The position numbers were made by a program, and so were the translations under genes. A stretch of 64,000 nucleotides of DNA from Zygnema circumcarinatum SAG 698-1b. Taxonomy: Eukaryota > Plantae > Zygnematophyceae. The notes under the pieces were generated by a model, which saw only the letters and a program-made list of their open reading frames with translations, was not told the DNA's origin and did not search any database. The stretch lies in assembly GCA_037447605.1 (NCBI GenBank), contig CM074811.1:2418001-2482000 (forward strand), in the 5' to 3' direction. This document shows positions 11,809-25,571 of the stretch, piece after piece; position 1 is the stretch's first letter, and each line of letters opens with the position of its first letter.

Positions 11809-13260
11809 ATTAGGTCTGCCTCTGCATCATCAATACTTGAATTAATATGTTTTCTAAGTTAAATAGATGGTTCACGGAAGCAAAGCTGAGTACAAGGTCG
11901 ATCAATTTATTGGCTACTTAATCAGAAAGAAGCTTGGCGAGGAAGTTTTCTGCACTTTCAGTGACCAGAAAGAAGCCAGTTCGTCCTTGTTAGACTCCGT
12001 TTTCAAACCCCGCAAGGGACGGTTCCATTTCCTGGAAGGCTAACCGGATTCAGTGGAGAGAGAGTGAGAGAAGAATCGTGCAGGATAGATAGCAGTACCT
12101 TTCAATACAAAAGGTGCAAGAACATGAGTAAAACATACGACTTCATTAAATCTGGCAATAAAGTATTTGATTTCAGTTCATATTGACAAGATCCGACAAA
12201 AAATGAAGGAAGTTCTCCTTCCAGGTAGGTTGAGCCACGCACAGAGAACAAACGGACAGTTCAAGTGGACTGGGCGACATATGGACGCGGACAGACGGCA
12301 CGGACTAACGGCCAGTTGGACGGGGCCCTCACACGTGTCACCACGCGGATTTATGAAAGTTAGCGTAGCAAGCAAAATTTCTAATTCTCGCATGGGAACG
12401 CCACGTGTCCCCGCGCTGCAAGTTGACTGTTGGTGGCCGCGTGCGAGATTTTCGGACTGTGCTCGAGGACCCGCCACGTGTCTGTATGGACAGATTGGTA
12501 GATCGACAGACAACCTGAAACTGGAAGTGAATTTGAAAGTATCAGAGCATGAAAGCAATTCCATGACACAACTTCAAGTTATGGACAGGTCATTTTCTAT
12601 TGGTGTCATATTCTTGTATCTTGGATTCTTTTCCGTGTCTCATGCAGCCCATTTGTTTGTTGCATGATAAGACAGTTTTCAAAATCAGCATTTCTATGCT
12701 ACTGACCTCAATTCCATACTCTTCTCATCTAGCAAAACAAAGACCCTAAGTCAAAAAACATGACTGAAACACATCACATCACATCACAAAGACCCTACTG
12801 ATCCAAGGAGCTAATCCGACGCAAAACGTAACTAAACCTCACCATGTAAACCCCAAAGTACTTATCAACCTCCCTGCCCACCTAACATGGGAAGCTATCC
12901 CCTTTTCCATCCCTATAACCTAACTCCCCACTTTGAATGCATCCACGAAGTGGTCGTAGATGAAGCCAGCCTTCCAATAGTTAGAGAGTTGCAGAACATA
13001 GCGCATGAACTTCATGAGATGTCGATCGTTACCTCGCTGTACAGTACTTGGCCCGAACGACAAATAAAATGTACAGACAGTGAGCCTTTGGTTTGACAGG
13101 ACGAATTCCGCCGCCTGCCGCACATCCAGTTAGGGGGGTGACAGCACGACTGTGTGCAAAAAACGGCGAAAAAGTTCGCTACGGGATGAGTTGATGACAT
13201 GAAATGGATCGATTACTCTTTTCACATGACTTCTTAAGCAAATCAGAAGACCGAAAAGAC

Positions 13261-15919
13261 TTAGTCGGTTCTCAATCCCTTAATCCAATCTATTTCGAGC
13301 CGGAATGGCCCTTCTCCTTGCACAGCCCCCCCCGGCCCTCCCTCCGCCGTCAGAGAAATCCCCATGCCCACCACTCTCCTCAAGCCCAGCTCTGCACCGG
13401 TGTCTACAAGCTTGCCTTCCCACGTCTGCAAGAAGCGTTCAAATGGAATCTGCACTTCAAGGCAAGCAGGAGAGGGGGTGTTACTATGGGGGTGTTACTC
13501 GACTCAACAAAACAACAGTTGAACTGAACAGCACAGTAGTCCAAGTGCTAAGGGCCAAAGTCTGCACCTTGACCACACACCACTCGTCCTTGGGAGCAAA
13601 AATGAATGCCTGCCATGTATTGTTCTCAACTCCCTTTGGCCCGCCCACCCAACTGTCCGTACGGAGCTGCAACACAGCACACCCTCCGTATAGATGACCC
13701 AATTAGGGTTCCACTTGCAGAGTAAGCTACTATGCGAGGAGCACTAAAGAGTTAGATCAATGCTTTGGGTGGATTCGGCTTCTAATGCTATTCTCCATAT
13801 TGTCCCCGAAAACGTACATTGGAGAGATAAATGCGGCCATCCCCCTTCACCCGCATGGTCAACATGTTGAAAGGCTCCAAATCTGGCAGTGTCATCGTCT
13901 GGACAATTCCCACGAAAATGTGAGAGAAAGGTCAACTCAACTACAGATTTGAGTGAGAATTACTTAAGTTGCCAGGTGGCTTTAGGCGAGACGAGGACAA
14001 ATTGAACAGCGAAGATCAGCAAGTTCGAAGGAAAGAAGGTGATTCCAGCATCAACCAAAACATTTTCCTGTGGCATTGATTCTCTGATGAAGTGTTTCCT
14101 GCTTCTATTCGTTATACAAAGGGGAAAGAATCCAGTTTTACTGCGTTTGAGAAGTTGCCAACTTGTGAGAACTCACCCCCACTGTACGGAACCCCGCGAA
14201 GCCTGACCGCTTGAGACGTGTGAACACCTGATCTGAAAGCTCGGTCGAGAGATGACCTTCAAATACTGCGACAAACAAATGGAAAACAAAACAAAAATAT
14301 AGTTGAAAACAAGGGCTGCCATAAAATATTGAAGAAATGCAACAAGCCAATCACAATCCAACCAGCTGAAGTCCGAGTGGTGGGAAAAGTTGCTGCACCT
14401 GCAGTATTACTCGCGCTGTTCTGCGTGAGCGATGCAGAGGAGAGACCTGTGGAAAGGCATATCCAGCACAGTTCTGTTAACCAGATACATATCCACTTGG
14501 AACTCACATGTCTCGAAAGAATACTACCATGTTAAAAAATGCAATGCTGCACATAGATCATATTAGCATTGTGATACTCAGGGAGGCTGCAATTAATGCC
14601 GGCGATCTCAAACAAGTTGACAAGCGACATTCAAACACAGGACAGAAGTAATCTAAGGAGAAACGCCCTCGTCTTTAAACCGATGTCCTTGCTTAGATCT
14701 GAATTTACTCAATGCAAATTTGGAGTTTCAAATATGCACCTCCATGTTCCTTGTCTGAGTAAGCTAGCCACTTTGCCTGATCTTCAGTGCGACCGAATCG
14801 AAAGAGCAGAACTTCCGACGGCCCGTTGAAATCCTCCAATCGCCATGCGAGAGCTGCCAACGGCAACAGAAAACTACGAGATGCAACGTGAGACGACAAC
14901 CTCAAGGGGCAACTTCAGTCTGTGCTCTATTTTCCTTCTACACAAATGGTTCACAGCCTTACGGCTTACGAGTTATTGAAGACAGTGTGAGCAACGATTA
15001 ATTTGGAGAATATGGCTTACCTAATAACTACTGCAAAATATCGGTAACGAGATAACATGAGGTAACTTGAGCTCGAACAATCTTGGGAAGGAAGAGAGGA
15101 TTTTCTTCGTGCAATCGCAATGAAGCACTACCATTACGTGCATTGGAAAATAGGTACTCAACTTGGAGAGGAGATTGAGCAGGGAGAAGCAGCGAGGATA
15201 GAGAAGAGGAGGAGGGAGTAAATGCAGATGAGGATAGAAGAATAGAGACTGGAAGAGGGAGGAGAGAAAGAGAAGACGATAGATAACGAGGGCAGAGTAG
15301 ATGGAGAGGAAGGAAAAAAGATGCACAGAAAATGCGAGGTAAAGGAAAATAAGAGACGTGGGGCTCCAAAGGCAGAGCTTTCAGGGTTAGAGAGTAAGCG
15401 AGTGCTAGAGTTTTAAGGAGGGAAGAGTAAGGCAAACAAGCAGAGGAGGAAGAGAGAGAGGAGCGAGGAGGGAAGGAAGGAGAGGGGCGAAGAATTGATA
15501 GGATGGCGGATTAGGTGGAGAGAAGAGAGAGAAAAGAGGAGGGAGAAGCAAAAGAGAGGAGGGTTAAGGAGTGACTGAGAAGGGAGAGGCATGGAAGATG
15601 GAGAAGGAGACAGGACAGAGGAGAAATAGGAGACAGGAGAGAGCGGGGGTAAGGGGAGAAGGGAAACAAGAGAGGAAAGAAGGAAGGAGCGGCAAGAGAG
15701 TATGAAAAAGGAGGAAGGAGGAGCATGCACTTGGGGCAAGACGGGGGATAGAGGAGAAAGGAGAAGGTCAAGAGGAGAGAGGATGGACGAATGCAGCTTC
15801 GCAAGAGGAAAGCAGGAGGGAAGAGAGGAGGAAGGAAAAAAGAGCAAGATGGGAAAGAGACACATGAACGAACCTCTTTTCGACAGCTGTATCGACTGCG
15901 CGACAAGTTTTTTGAACAT
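13261..15919 (-). CDS. CIA30: Mitochondrial complex I intermediate-associated protein 30 (CIA30/NDUFAF1)
   Basis: Spliced peptides MFKKLVAQSIQLSKR / ALAWRLEDFNGPSEVLLFRFGRTEDQAKWLAYSDKEHG / GLSSASL / AVFEGHLSTELSDQVFTRLKRSGFAGFR / DLEPFNMLTMRVKGDGRIYLSN / LRTDSWVGGPKGVENNTWQAFIFAPKDEW / IPFERFLQTWEGK..VVGMGISLTAEGG..GPFRLEIDWIKGLRTD* match plant CIA30 motifs in order. Confidence 0.92.
15020..15860. repeat. GA/CT-rich low-complexity tract within CIA30 intron 1
   Basis: Purine-rich on the + strand. It generates spurious L/S/P-rich ORFs on the - strand. Confidence 0.7.
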
Positions 15920-16785
15920 TATTTTCTGTCTGCTTGCAGCCTCTGCTGCAGTCCTAATCGTTCATCCGCACCATGACTCCCACCTCATCCTTGGGAATAG
16001 GGCCTCCTCCCCATTGTCCTCCTTGCAGCAGCAAGCAGCTTTTAGTGTGTCCCTTGCCGCTTGCTTTGTGAGGGTAACCGCGGGGGTTCACACTACCGCA
16101 CTGAAGCTCTGGGCTCTGGAGGAGGAACACGACACCGCGCGGCAAACTACTGAACCAAGCGTTGCACAGGATCAACCATTGGAATGCTTGCCAACTATTG
16201 ATTCACGATCCAGCCAATGCCAACTGCTGGCACCCATTGAATAGCCAATCATTGGATCAATAGTTGCCAGCCATTGTAATGCCTGCCAACTATTGACTCG
16301 CAACCCAACGAACCATGGTTGCCAGCCATTGGCAAACCGGACGACCGTACGATCCACAGATACGGTACGGTACTGTATCCTTGTCGTGGAGCGAGGGCAA
16401 TCTGAGCCGTCGGATGGCGTCACCTGTCCGCGGAGGGAGGGCGGCCCCGCCCGGTCACGGCGACCTGACCACCTGTCCCATACGCAAATAAAAACTCGAC
16501 TGGAAGCCAATCACCATGCGCCACGTGTCAGACAATGCCTACATGGCAAATAGCCATTGGATGCTGGTCGAGTATTAAACCGTCGCGGAGGGAAAGGCCC
16601 TTGGACGGGTATGGGCAGTGGCGGTGATGGCGGGCTCGGGCCTGCAGGTGCAGCCATGGAGGCTGCGTGATGGCGGGGGGGGGGAGTAGGGGGAGGGAGA
16701 GGGAGAGAGGGAGAGGGGGAGGGGAGGAGGGAGGAAGTTCAGGGGGGAGGGGGGGAGAGAGGCTGTGAGCGCTTGCGGGTACCTC

Positions 16786-19700
16786 ATGGCGTCCTTTCTG
16801 CACGCGGCGTGTCTTGCGTTTCTCTGTGTCGGGCTCCAGCGCACGCTAGCGATTGAAAGCGCAGGATTTAGGTCGCTGCAGCAGTTCTTCCAGGAGAGGA
16901 GAAACGAGACGGGGCAGAATCCGAAAATGCACACGCTGTTTTCTGTGGAGTGCGGTCCATACTTTGATTGGCAGACGATCGGGCTCATGCACAGCTATCG
17001 GTGAGAGTTTTCGTCCGCGTCGCTGAACAGACTCACCTTTTTATGGGAACCTGCTGTCGTCAGGTCTTATTGCTTTTAAGCAGCGTTTGTTATTTTTATG
17101 GGAAACCTCCTTCTATAACCTTCAATGCTATTTTCCTCTTTCTCCTTTTATAAAGGTCTCATTTTATAAAGGAGAATGCTGAGACTCGAGCTGATATTGT
17201 ACAGTGCTTTTTATTCCTCGGCAATTGTTCTCCGTATTATAAACTTCTGCATATTTTACTTTTCCACCCTTCACTTCCCTTAGGTTTCCGTTATCTAGCA
17301 TTTAGTCATTAGATCATGACCATTAATATTTGAAGGCATCCACAACTAATGTGCATTTTCTGAAGAACCAAAGAACTTCGAGTCTATGTTTATTCTTGGA
17401 TTTGTATTCGTTTTCTTTTTACTACAATCATTTTCACTCGAAAATATTAAGCAATTAGCTTTTTGTTGACACCCACCTGATTCCCAGAGCAACAGCAATG
17501 CTCGCACTTCTGTGGAGGCTCGTGTCTGGCAGGAGAATCCTTCACTGTTTAAGTTACATTGTCGATTGTATCACTGCAGGAAAAGTCGACAGCTGGGGCC
17601 AATTACCAGGCTACTGAGCTGCACTGAAGATGTTCTCAGGACCTACAAGAATATGGATTTAGCACCCACGTTAGTTGTTCCATCATGGACACACAATCCC
17701 CGAACTGATGATTGGTAAGGTTTGTTGCAGAAGAACTAGAGGAGGTTCAGAAACTCTTGCAGCTGTTTCTTTAGGCAACTTCAATAAGAACTACCTTAAA
17801 CTACTATCCACTGTAAAGCGTGCCCATAGAGAACGCAGGCTACAGCTGCTCTCGTATGGTATAACGTATGGTATAAACTTGGTAGAACAATTTTGTCATG
17901 AAGCACCTTCACAATGGCATGTTCTAAAGAAGTCCACAAGGAGCAGCACGTGTTGAATTGTCAATGGAGCTTGTGGCAGGTATCCAGCCGTCAACAAACC
18001 CAAAGGTGTTCTGGACTGGGTTCAGAAAAGCAAAGCTGCGCAAGATGTGGAGTGGGTAGTGATTCTTGATGCAGACATGATACTCCGAGCTCCTGTCGTT
18101 CCATGGGAGATCAAGGCAGCAAAGGGTCGTCCAGTTGCTGCCTACTATGGGTGCGTGAAGCGAGCACGGAATGCTGGCAAATGGATTAGCTTAGCAGAGG
18201 CTGTAGAAGCGCGCAAACCCAATTTTCTTAGGAAGGGTCATGCAGTCATCTAGTTTGTAGGCAGCTTACTGTTAGATGGTTCCTTTTGCTAAGGATTTTA
18301 TGTGGAAAATATGTAGCAGATAAGAAAGGAGCAGATGAGGAACTCTGTTAGACCCATCTGTGGACATAATTGTGAATTTAGCTGAAGGGTTTGGGAGCGA
18401 ATCTCACGCATTGGCAATCCTTGTGCCCGTCGTTTGCAGGTATCTTATAGGTTGTGACAACATTTTGGCAGAATTGCACACAAAATATCCTCGCTTTTGT
18501 GACAAAGTGGGCGGCTTCTTGGTGCTGCACATTGATGACCTGCGCAAATTGGCTCCATTATGGCTCTCCAAAACGGAGGAGGTCCGGGCAGATACAGCTC
18601 ATTATGCGACCAACATCACGGGTGACATTTATGGGCATGGGTGGATCAGCGAAATGTACGGATACTCCTTCGGTGCAGCTGATGTAAGAACACCGCTTGC
18701 TCCAATGATCCTTTGCACTTTTTTCACATCTGACTGTTGTTGTTGCCAGGCATGAAAGCTATTGCAAAACTGGCTATGATTCTCTTAGGCACACGGTGTT
18801 CTTAAACATGAGGACGGCACGTGCTACCTGCTGAAATTTGGAGAAGCATTCCGAAAGCATTAAGAAAATGACTTAGATCAGGCATGTCTAGTTTCGAGCT
18901 CTTCTTCAAAACACTCGTTTTGTTTTGTGAACAGCTGTAATCTATAATTCATCATGAATGCAGAAAAGAAACGCAAAGGTTCGCTCTTTGAACTGAGATG
19001 TGTTTGTGAGAGCCAATTGCTCATCTAACGGCCCTCCATTTGCGCATCTTCAGTGCCAACTTAGACACCAAATTGACAACGAGCTCATGCTCTATCCTGG
19101 ATATGAGCCGATGGCGAACCAAGACCCACATCTTCTTCATTATGGGCTCAGTTTCAGTGTCGGCAGTTGGCAGTTTGGCAAGTCATCCCATCACGACGAC
19201 CCCATCGTGAACGAATGCAATCGTCTCTTTGAGCAACCTCCATTTCCTCAAGATGTTGGTACCGTACTCCCCTTAATTTGGAGTCATTGTGTAGTTTTTT
19301 GTTATGCCAAGTAACTGGCAGTGTCTCTTCTGCTCTTTCACGTACCGGTCATCATCAATGAAGGGAAATACATAAAGCCTTGAATGTTAGCCATTGTGTG
19401 ACTGCCAGATGAGCCTTTCAAACTTCCAATACTCGAGAGTTTCTTTAACGTGGACGAGTTTCCTTGTTTTGCGTCAATCTCTGTATGCTGCTGTCAGTGG
19501 TAAGCCCAAAGTAACTAGCATCATTCTCATGATATTTGTACTCTCAGCTTTTTCAGTGGTTAGTAGTTATACTGCGTATAATCATCAAGCTGGACAGTAG
19601 CTAATTCAATTGTTTTCATACTTGTTATGTAGCTATACGTTAAATTTAATCCAGTCCTGTAAAGTCAGACATTTCCTGTCCTGAGTCGCAGTATGTAGAG

Positions 19701-22700
19701 TTGATGTATCTTTCCTAAAAAAATTCTTCTGAGCTTCGATCGATTTTTATCGGAGCCATGAATGGAGACTCGATCCACAAGTCCATGTTGTAAACTTACG
19801 GCCACCTTTGTTTCTTACCTTCCCCCTACCGTTGCATAACTGAGCAGTTTTTTCTCTTGAACTTACACAGCATTGGCAGCAGTCACCCTTATTGATGTGT
19901 TGTCATTATGCACATATCCAGTCACTGTTTTCTTATCGATAAGCTACTATCATATTTTTCCGTTCTATGCCGAAGAGCAATCACCAACTTTTTTTTCAGT
20001 CCTTAATGTCCTAGCCCTATAACCCCATAACCCAATAAAACCCTGTAACCGAACCCCAAATCAGAAATCTTTAACCCTAAACCCTTAATCCTAATCCTTA
20101 AACATTTAAAGAAAGTATAGTCATGTCGATTGGATCTATGTTTGTATTTCTGCTTAGATTCTGGCTCAGAATTGTCTTCCTTCACTTGCTTGTTCACTTG
20201 TTGAGTAGAACAACAAAAGAAAGAAAGAGAAGAGAAGTAGAGAAGCTGACTTCGTCTTCCTTTTTCCTCTCATGGCGAGTCGCAGGTGAATGAGAAAACA
20301 GACGGGCTGCGGCGAGCAGCGCTGTTGAGCATTGAGTGTGTGAACACTCTGAATGAAGGTCTCCTCATACACCACGCAATGCATAGCTGTCCAGAGCCTC
20401 CTCCCTCGCCCTATTTGACTTATCTCAAGTGAGTTCATGGCTTTTGGCACTGTTATAATGCCTTGGCTGCATTTCTCCTGCAAAGGATGCATCTGTGCCA
20501 TAATTTACAAAGGCGATGCCGATGAGGCTTTCTTGCATTATGAAGGGTAATACCAGTTTGCGGCTTTTTGATTGGCTTTTGCTTTAGGAGACCTTAAAAG
20601 GAAACCTCGTTGAGCGTTAACGTTTCCTTAGTTTTGATGCTCTCAATAACATCTGTTTTGGTTCTGCTTCTTTTCACAAGTCCCGTCTTCCAAGAGTGTG
20701 GGCAGTTCGGGCACATCCGTTTTGCCAAACCTTCTATGTTTTCTATTTGGGGGGGGTTCTCTGTTCATGAAAGTTCGTTTCAGATTGTTGTTTGATACCC
20801 ACCAGGCACATGGAGCACGTACAGACTCTGAATTCAATCTAGACAAAGGTTCAGAATTTGAAGAGCTTGGAATCAGTCTAAGCGACTTGTTGGCTCGCTG
20901 AAGTTGACGTATTACTGCTCTATCAAACCAAGCACGCATGCTGTAGCATGTGTTTCGTCGGCATGCATCATCATCATGCTTGCCAAAGTAATCCAAGGAA
21001 TCGAAAATGGGCTTTTCCGTAAGTCAGCCCTTGAAAGAGTGTGTTACTTGCGTGCAGAGAGAACATCCGAAAGGCAATTGGGAATGATCCGCAAGTTGGA
21101 GCCGGCAACCGGTTGCGAGGAACAACCGATGAGCCTATGAGTGAACTTGCGAAGAGATTCCTCCAAGCAACCTCTTCGGGTCTTTCAGAAACATCCTCTC
21201 TCATGGTGGAGGGAAGCGTCCTTGAGTCACCTCCGGAGTCCCCCCTTCCAATATCTGAAAGCAGGACAGAACAAGGAGGGCAGCGAGAATCAACTTTAGA
21301 ATTGGCGACTTCATCACCTCTGCAGTCTCCTCCAGTTCAACACTTTCCCCCTCCATGGCCAAGGAAGGACCCGGAGAATTGGAAACCTGAGCAAGTGGAG
21401 GGAAGACCAAAGATTATAACCCTGTTTTCAGTGGAGTGCTCTCCCTACTTCGACTGGCAAACTCTCGGTTTCATGTATAGTCTCAAGAGGAGTGGCCATC
21501 CGGGGCCAGTTACTCGGCTATTGAGCTGCACAGAAGAGCAGTTAAAGGACTATCGAGGCATGGACATGGCCCCCACCATGGTGGTTCCTTCTTGGAGTAG
21601 ACATCCTAAAACTGGAGAATGGTTTGTGTCTAATTCCTTGCCAATAACAAACAAGGCAGTCAACAAGCTAGAGTATATCAGGGGCGGAGACAACTGAGCT
21701 ATGTTGATAACGTGCAAAACTCTGTCTCATTTGCCAGTTTTTGTCCTAGGAAGGATGTAGGAATTGTGAAGTTCAGGCGTGTGGGTGTTTCGGAGAGTGC
21801 TCACTTCTCCTCCTATTCGTATTCACTCGCTTAGAATTCCTGTGATGCGTACTGATTTCGGCTTTTAGATGGGGAGGAGCTGCAGGTATCCTGCGATCAA
21901 CAAGCCGGTGGGTGTGAACCATTGGCTTCAAAACAGCCCTGATGCAAATGAAGTCGAGTGGGTCATCATTCTTGATGCCGATATGATTCTCAGACGGCCG
22001 ATGTTACCATGGGACCTTGGCGCGGAGAAGGGCCATCCTGTGTCAGCTGCTTATGGGTAAATTCCCCTTACTTTTCTTTCACTTTGCGAGAGATATCTGC
22101 ATCCATAAATGGTGTTTAATTCCTCCCTTGTAGGTATTTTCATCCTGCTAATCGTTTCAAACGCATAGATCACTGCCATGAGGTCAAGCCATTCAACATT
22201 CGTTTAGGCAGATTGGGTGGAATCCGAAACTGTAGTGCAGTCCTAAAGCTTTCTTCTATGTTGTTTCGTTTGTTTCACCGTGTTTGTTCTTCTTTCTTTG
22301 CATTGTTGGACCCATCGACTGCGTGAATATCTGTGGAACTGTCCGACGGTCTCTCTGTATGTTTCCACTTGAAAGCGTAAGTGCTCCTTTGTTGCGTTTG
22401 CAGGTATCTTATTGGCTGTGACAACATATTGGGTCAGCTTCACATGAAGGACCCCTCCGTGTGCGACAAAGTAGGGGGCTTCATCATCATGCACATCGAT
22501 GACCTGCGCAAACAAGCTCCCCTTTGGATTTCCAAAACGGAGGAGGTGAGAGCAGACACGGATCACTATGCGACCAACATCACCGGAGATGTGTACGGGA
22601 AAGGATGGATCAGTGAAATGTACGGCTACTCCTTTGCGGCATCTGACGTACGTGAACAAGAGCCTTTTCTCTCCAACCTTATCTAATTAGAGCAAAATTT

Positions 22701-23923
22701 TGGCGGAGATGATGAGCGAAAGGGCAATAGCGTCTGTATAGTTCATATTCTCATTTTTGTTTTTTGAATTTGAATTTGAAGTTTGTGAAGAACGAGTGCC
22801 CTTGAAATCTCACTTGATTGCAGTCCACACCCAAGGCAAAGCTCTCTACGAATTGCCTTCCCTCATATTTTTTTTCACAGCCGGCTTCATTCCTCTGTCT
22901 TGTTCCGAACAGGTTGGCCTCCGTCATAAGATAGACGACACAGTGATGCTGTATCCTGGGTACATGCCAGTCTACAGAAAGGATCCAAGAGTGCTTCATT
23001 ATGGCCTTCCTATGAACGTTTTGGACTGGTCATGGGAGAAAGGGATATGGCATACAACCGACGTTGCCAATCAGTGTGGAATGCACTTCCCAGACCCGCC
23101 GGACCCTTCCCTTCTTCCAGCAGGACAAGATGAGCATGCGCGGCGGAGAGACCTCATCGTGATAGAGTGTGTTGCTGTGCTTAATCGGGCCATTAGGGAG
23201 TATCATCGGAAAGTGGGGTGTCCTGAAGAAGGGGAGAGAGATGTGGGGAATATGGACTTGGGTTTGGCTAGCCCAGAAACTCCATACGAGGAGCCGGAGA
23301 GGAAGGTGTTGGTGAAGGAGGGTGAGGTGGTGGAAGGGTTCAGAACTGCCGAGCATATCGGAGTGGAGGGTGAGGAGAAAGGAATTTTTGTAACGCTTGA
23401 GAAAGAGCGGCAACCGGAAGTAGAAGGAAAGAATGAGCTTGAAGGAAAGCAGGTTGAAGAGGAAAACGCGGAAATAAGCTCATCAGTGACGACCGATGAA
23501 GCGGGTAATGGGGGAGGGACGGGTGATGGAATAGTATCTGAAAAGAGCCAAGATACGGAGAGAAGAGAGTTGAAGGTTGATGGGATTCAGGACCCTGTTC
23601 GAAAGGGCGAGAGCTTCAAGGAGGAAAAGAAGCCAGACATTGAAGAGCATGCATCAAAAACTTTCAGCCTTACGGGGAAAAGTCATGAAGGCTTCACGGC
23701 GGACCATCCGCGATGGTGGATAGCTGTACCTTGGGTATTTTTACTACTAGCAATCTTCCTTTTTCTCTCTCGAAGAAAATGGAAGTTTTTTGGAAGAGGC
23801 TCCGAGAGATCGAGGAGACGGACGGCGGGTGCAGGGAAGGCTGCCAAGGCTTCAAGGCCATCTAAAGCTACAACTTCGCCTCTGCCCGCTAGAGGGTCAT
23901 CGCAGAAAGATACGACTCTGTAA
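16786..23923 (+). CDS. SGT1: Peptidyl-serine alpha-galactosyltransferase (GT96), two tandem catalytic domains plus C-terminal TM
   Basis: Signal peptide, then two copies of (H/I)TLFSVEC.PYFDWQT.G, YPA.NKP, EWV.ILDADMILR.P, YLIGCDNIL..LH, CDKVGG, LW.SKTEEVRADT.HYATNITGD.YG.GWISEMYGYSF and LHYGL. Inter-domain exon SIECVNTLNEGLLIHH at about 20289-20430. TM WWIAVPWVFLLLAIFLFL followed by a basic tail. Confidence 0.93.
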
Positions 23924-25571
23924 GGGTCTGGTAGACATTCTGCTCCAAGTTTAGACTCAGATTCTTTTTGCTATATGATTAGGATGGGATTTGCTGGAAT
24001 GTCGATTTTTTCTTATTTGAATGGGGCAGGAGCCTGGGGAGAACGGCCTCCCAATGAAACCCAACAAGGGATTCCTTGTGATACCATGAGAAGAAGTCGC
24101 TGTGTGTGACTATGAGGGCGGGCGAGGTTCACCGCATCTGCTGTCAGGGGAAGTTCTCATGGTGCCTAGTAAATTGGTACCGTTAATGTTCTGGTTCTAG
24201 TATGAGCCGTTTCACTCACCATACATGCGGCTGCATGGGATCCTGAAGTCATACTTCTGAATTGAAATGAAGAAGAGAACTGCATTGGCATCACTCTTCT
24301 GATTAAGAGCGTTTCTCCTGAGATATGGAAAGAGCAAAAGTTTCTTCTGCCTTTCAGAATGCATGGGCGTGGACACATGCATCTGTCACATTGACACAAA
24401 TTAAATTGCTTGTGCATGTGTGATGTCAAAGTACTGAAGATATTTTGGAACTCATGTGACTCACTGGCTTGTTTTGAGTAGGGAACTGGAGAGTCTTTAA
24501 GTGATCCACCGCATTCGCATTATCCAAAGGCGGAGATGAGTGTGGAGACAACTTCAGCCGCGAGTCTAACTGTCGCTTGTCGTCTACACTGGCTGAACCA
24601 ACTAATGTCTGGCTAGGAATTAAGAGTTTATGAAGGCTTTTCGCTTGCTGGCTTATCATAATCCAAACCTAAAAAAGTACATTGCTCGCGGCTGTTCTCT
24701 ATATTCGGGAGTAGATTACGATTCAACCCAACTGAAGACTTTTCGATTTGGCGCTCGACGCTCAGAGCTCTGTTCGAGAGCTTGTTATCCCCCATTGGTC
24801 GACAGCCCAGCCTATGCCCAATCAAGCGTTTGTGTCACTTTTGGGAGGACGAAACTCTCGATAGCCGACACTTAACCCACTGATCTCTGATGGTGGCCTC
24901 TTCGATAATAGCTTGCAAGCGTTGTTGATTAGAGCCGGCATGAATCTCGATTACCGGACTAGAGAAAACAAAATCTATTGACTCCAAAAATCTCTTTAGT
25001 AATCATAGATTTTTGTCGCTTTAGCTGCGAGTTTCCCTTAGTCGGTAGTTGGCTTACCTCAAACACTATCTTTGAACGAGTTTGTTAAACCTCCAGAGAA
25101 GGCACAGCCACAAGGAACAAGACCACAAATGCGAAGCCAATCAAAGTGCTCTTCAACGCATTTGTGGTCTCAGAGAAGTATCCTCAAATGTCAAAAATTG
25201 GCCATTTGACTGGCAAGGAGTAGCACATAGGCGTGGCGCTATTGACCAATGCAGTGATGAAGCTGAATTATTAGCTCCCTAACAAAGCCCAATAATGTAG
25301 GGAAGACGACCCCCCTGCAACAGGCGGCGTAGTCATGGCCAAGACAGACAGCTGAAGGCACTCGACGTGAGAAGAAGAGTCAGTGGAGGCTGTGAAGAAG
25401 GTGCTTCATTCGAAGCTGGCTTCTGGGAATACAGACAAGCATCGCAGTCAGGGGGCATGACTGTCTGCGATACCGAGGTTCCATCATTGCCCGATACACT
25501 TGCAGCTGGTCGTGTCGAGAACCCTGCAGCAATTAATCTAATTCTACATTCCTGTTGTGAAGCGGTCGGCC

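Noticed and set aside
12920-13123. Exon-like - strand frame RGNDRHLMKFMRYVLQLSNYWKAGFIYDHFVDAFK downstream of CIA30
   Set aside because: Short, open on both strands, with no partner exons or family match that I can support. Possibly CIA30 3' UTR.
15028-15919. Long L/S/P-rich ORFs
   Set aside because: Artefacts of the CT-rich CIA30 intron. Only the first 15 codons of 15413..15919 are real.
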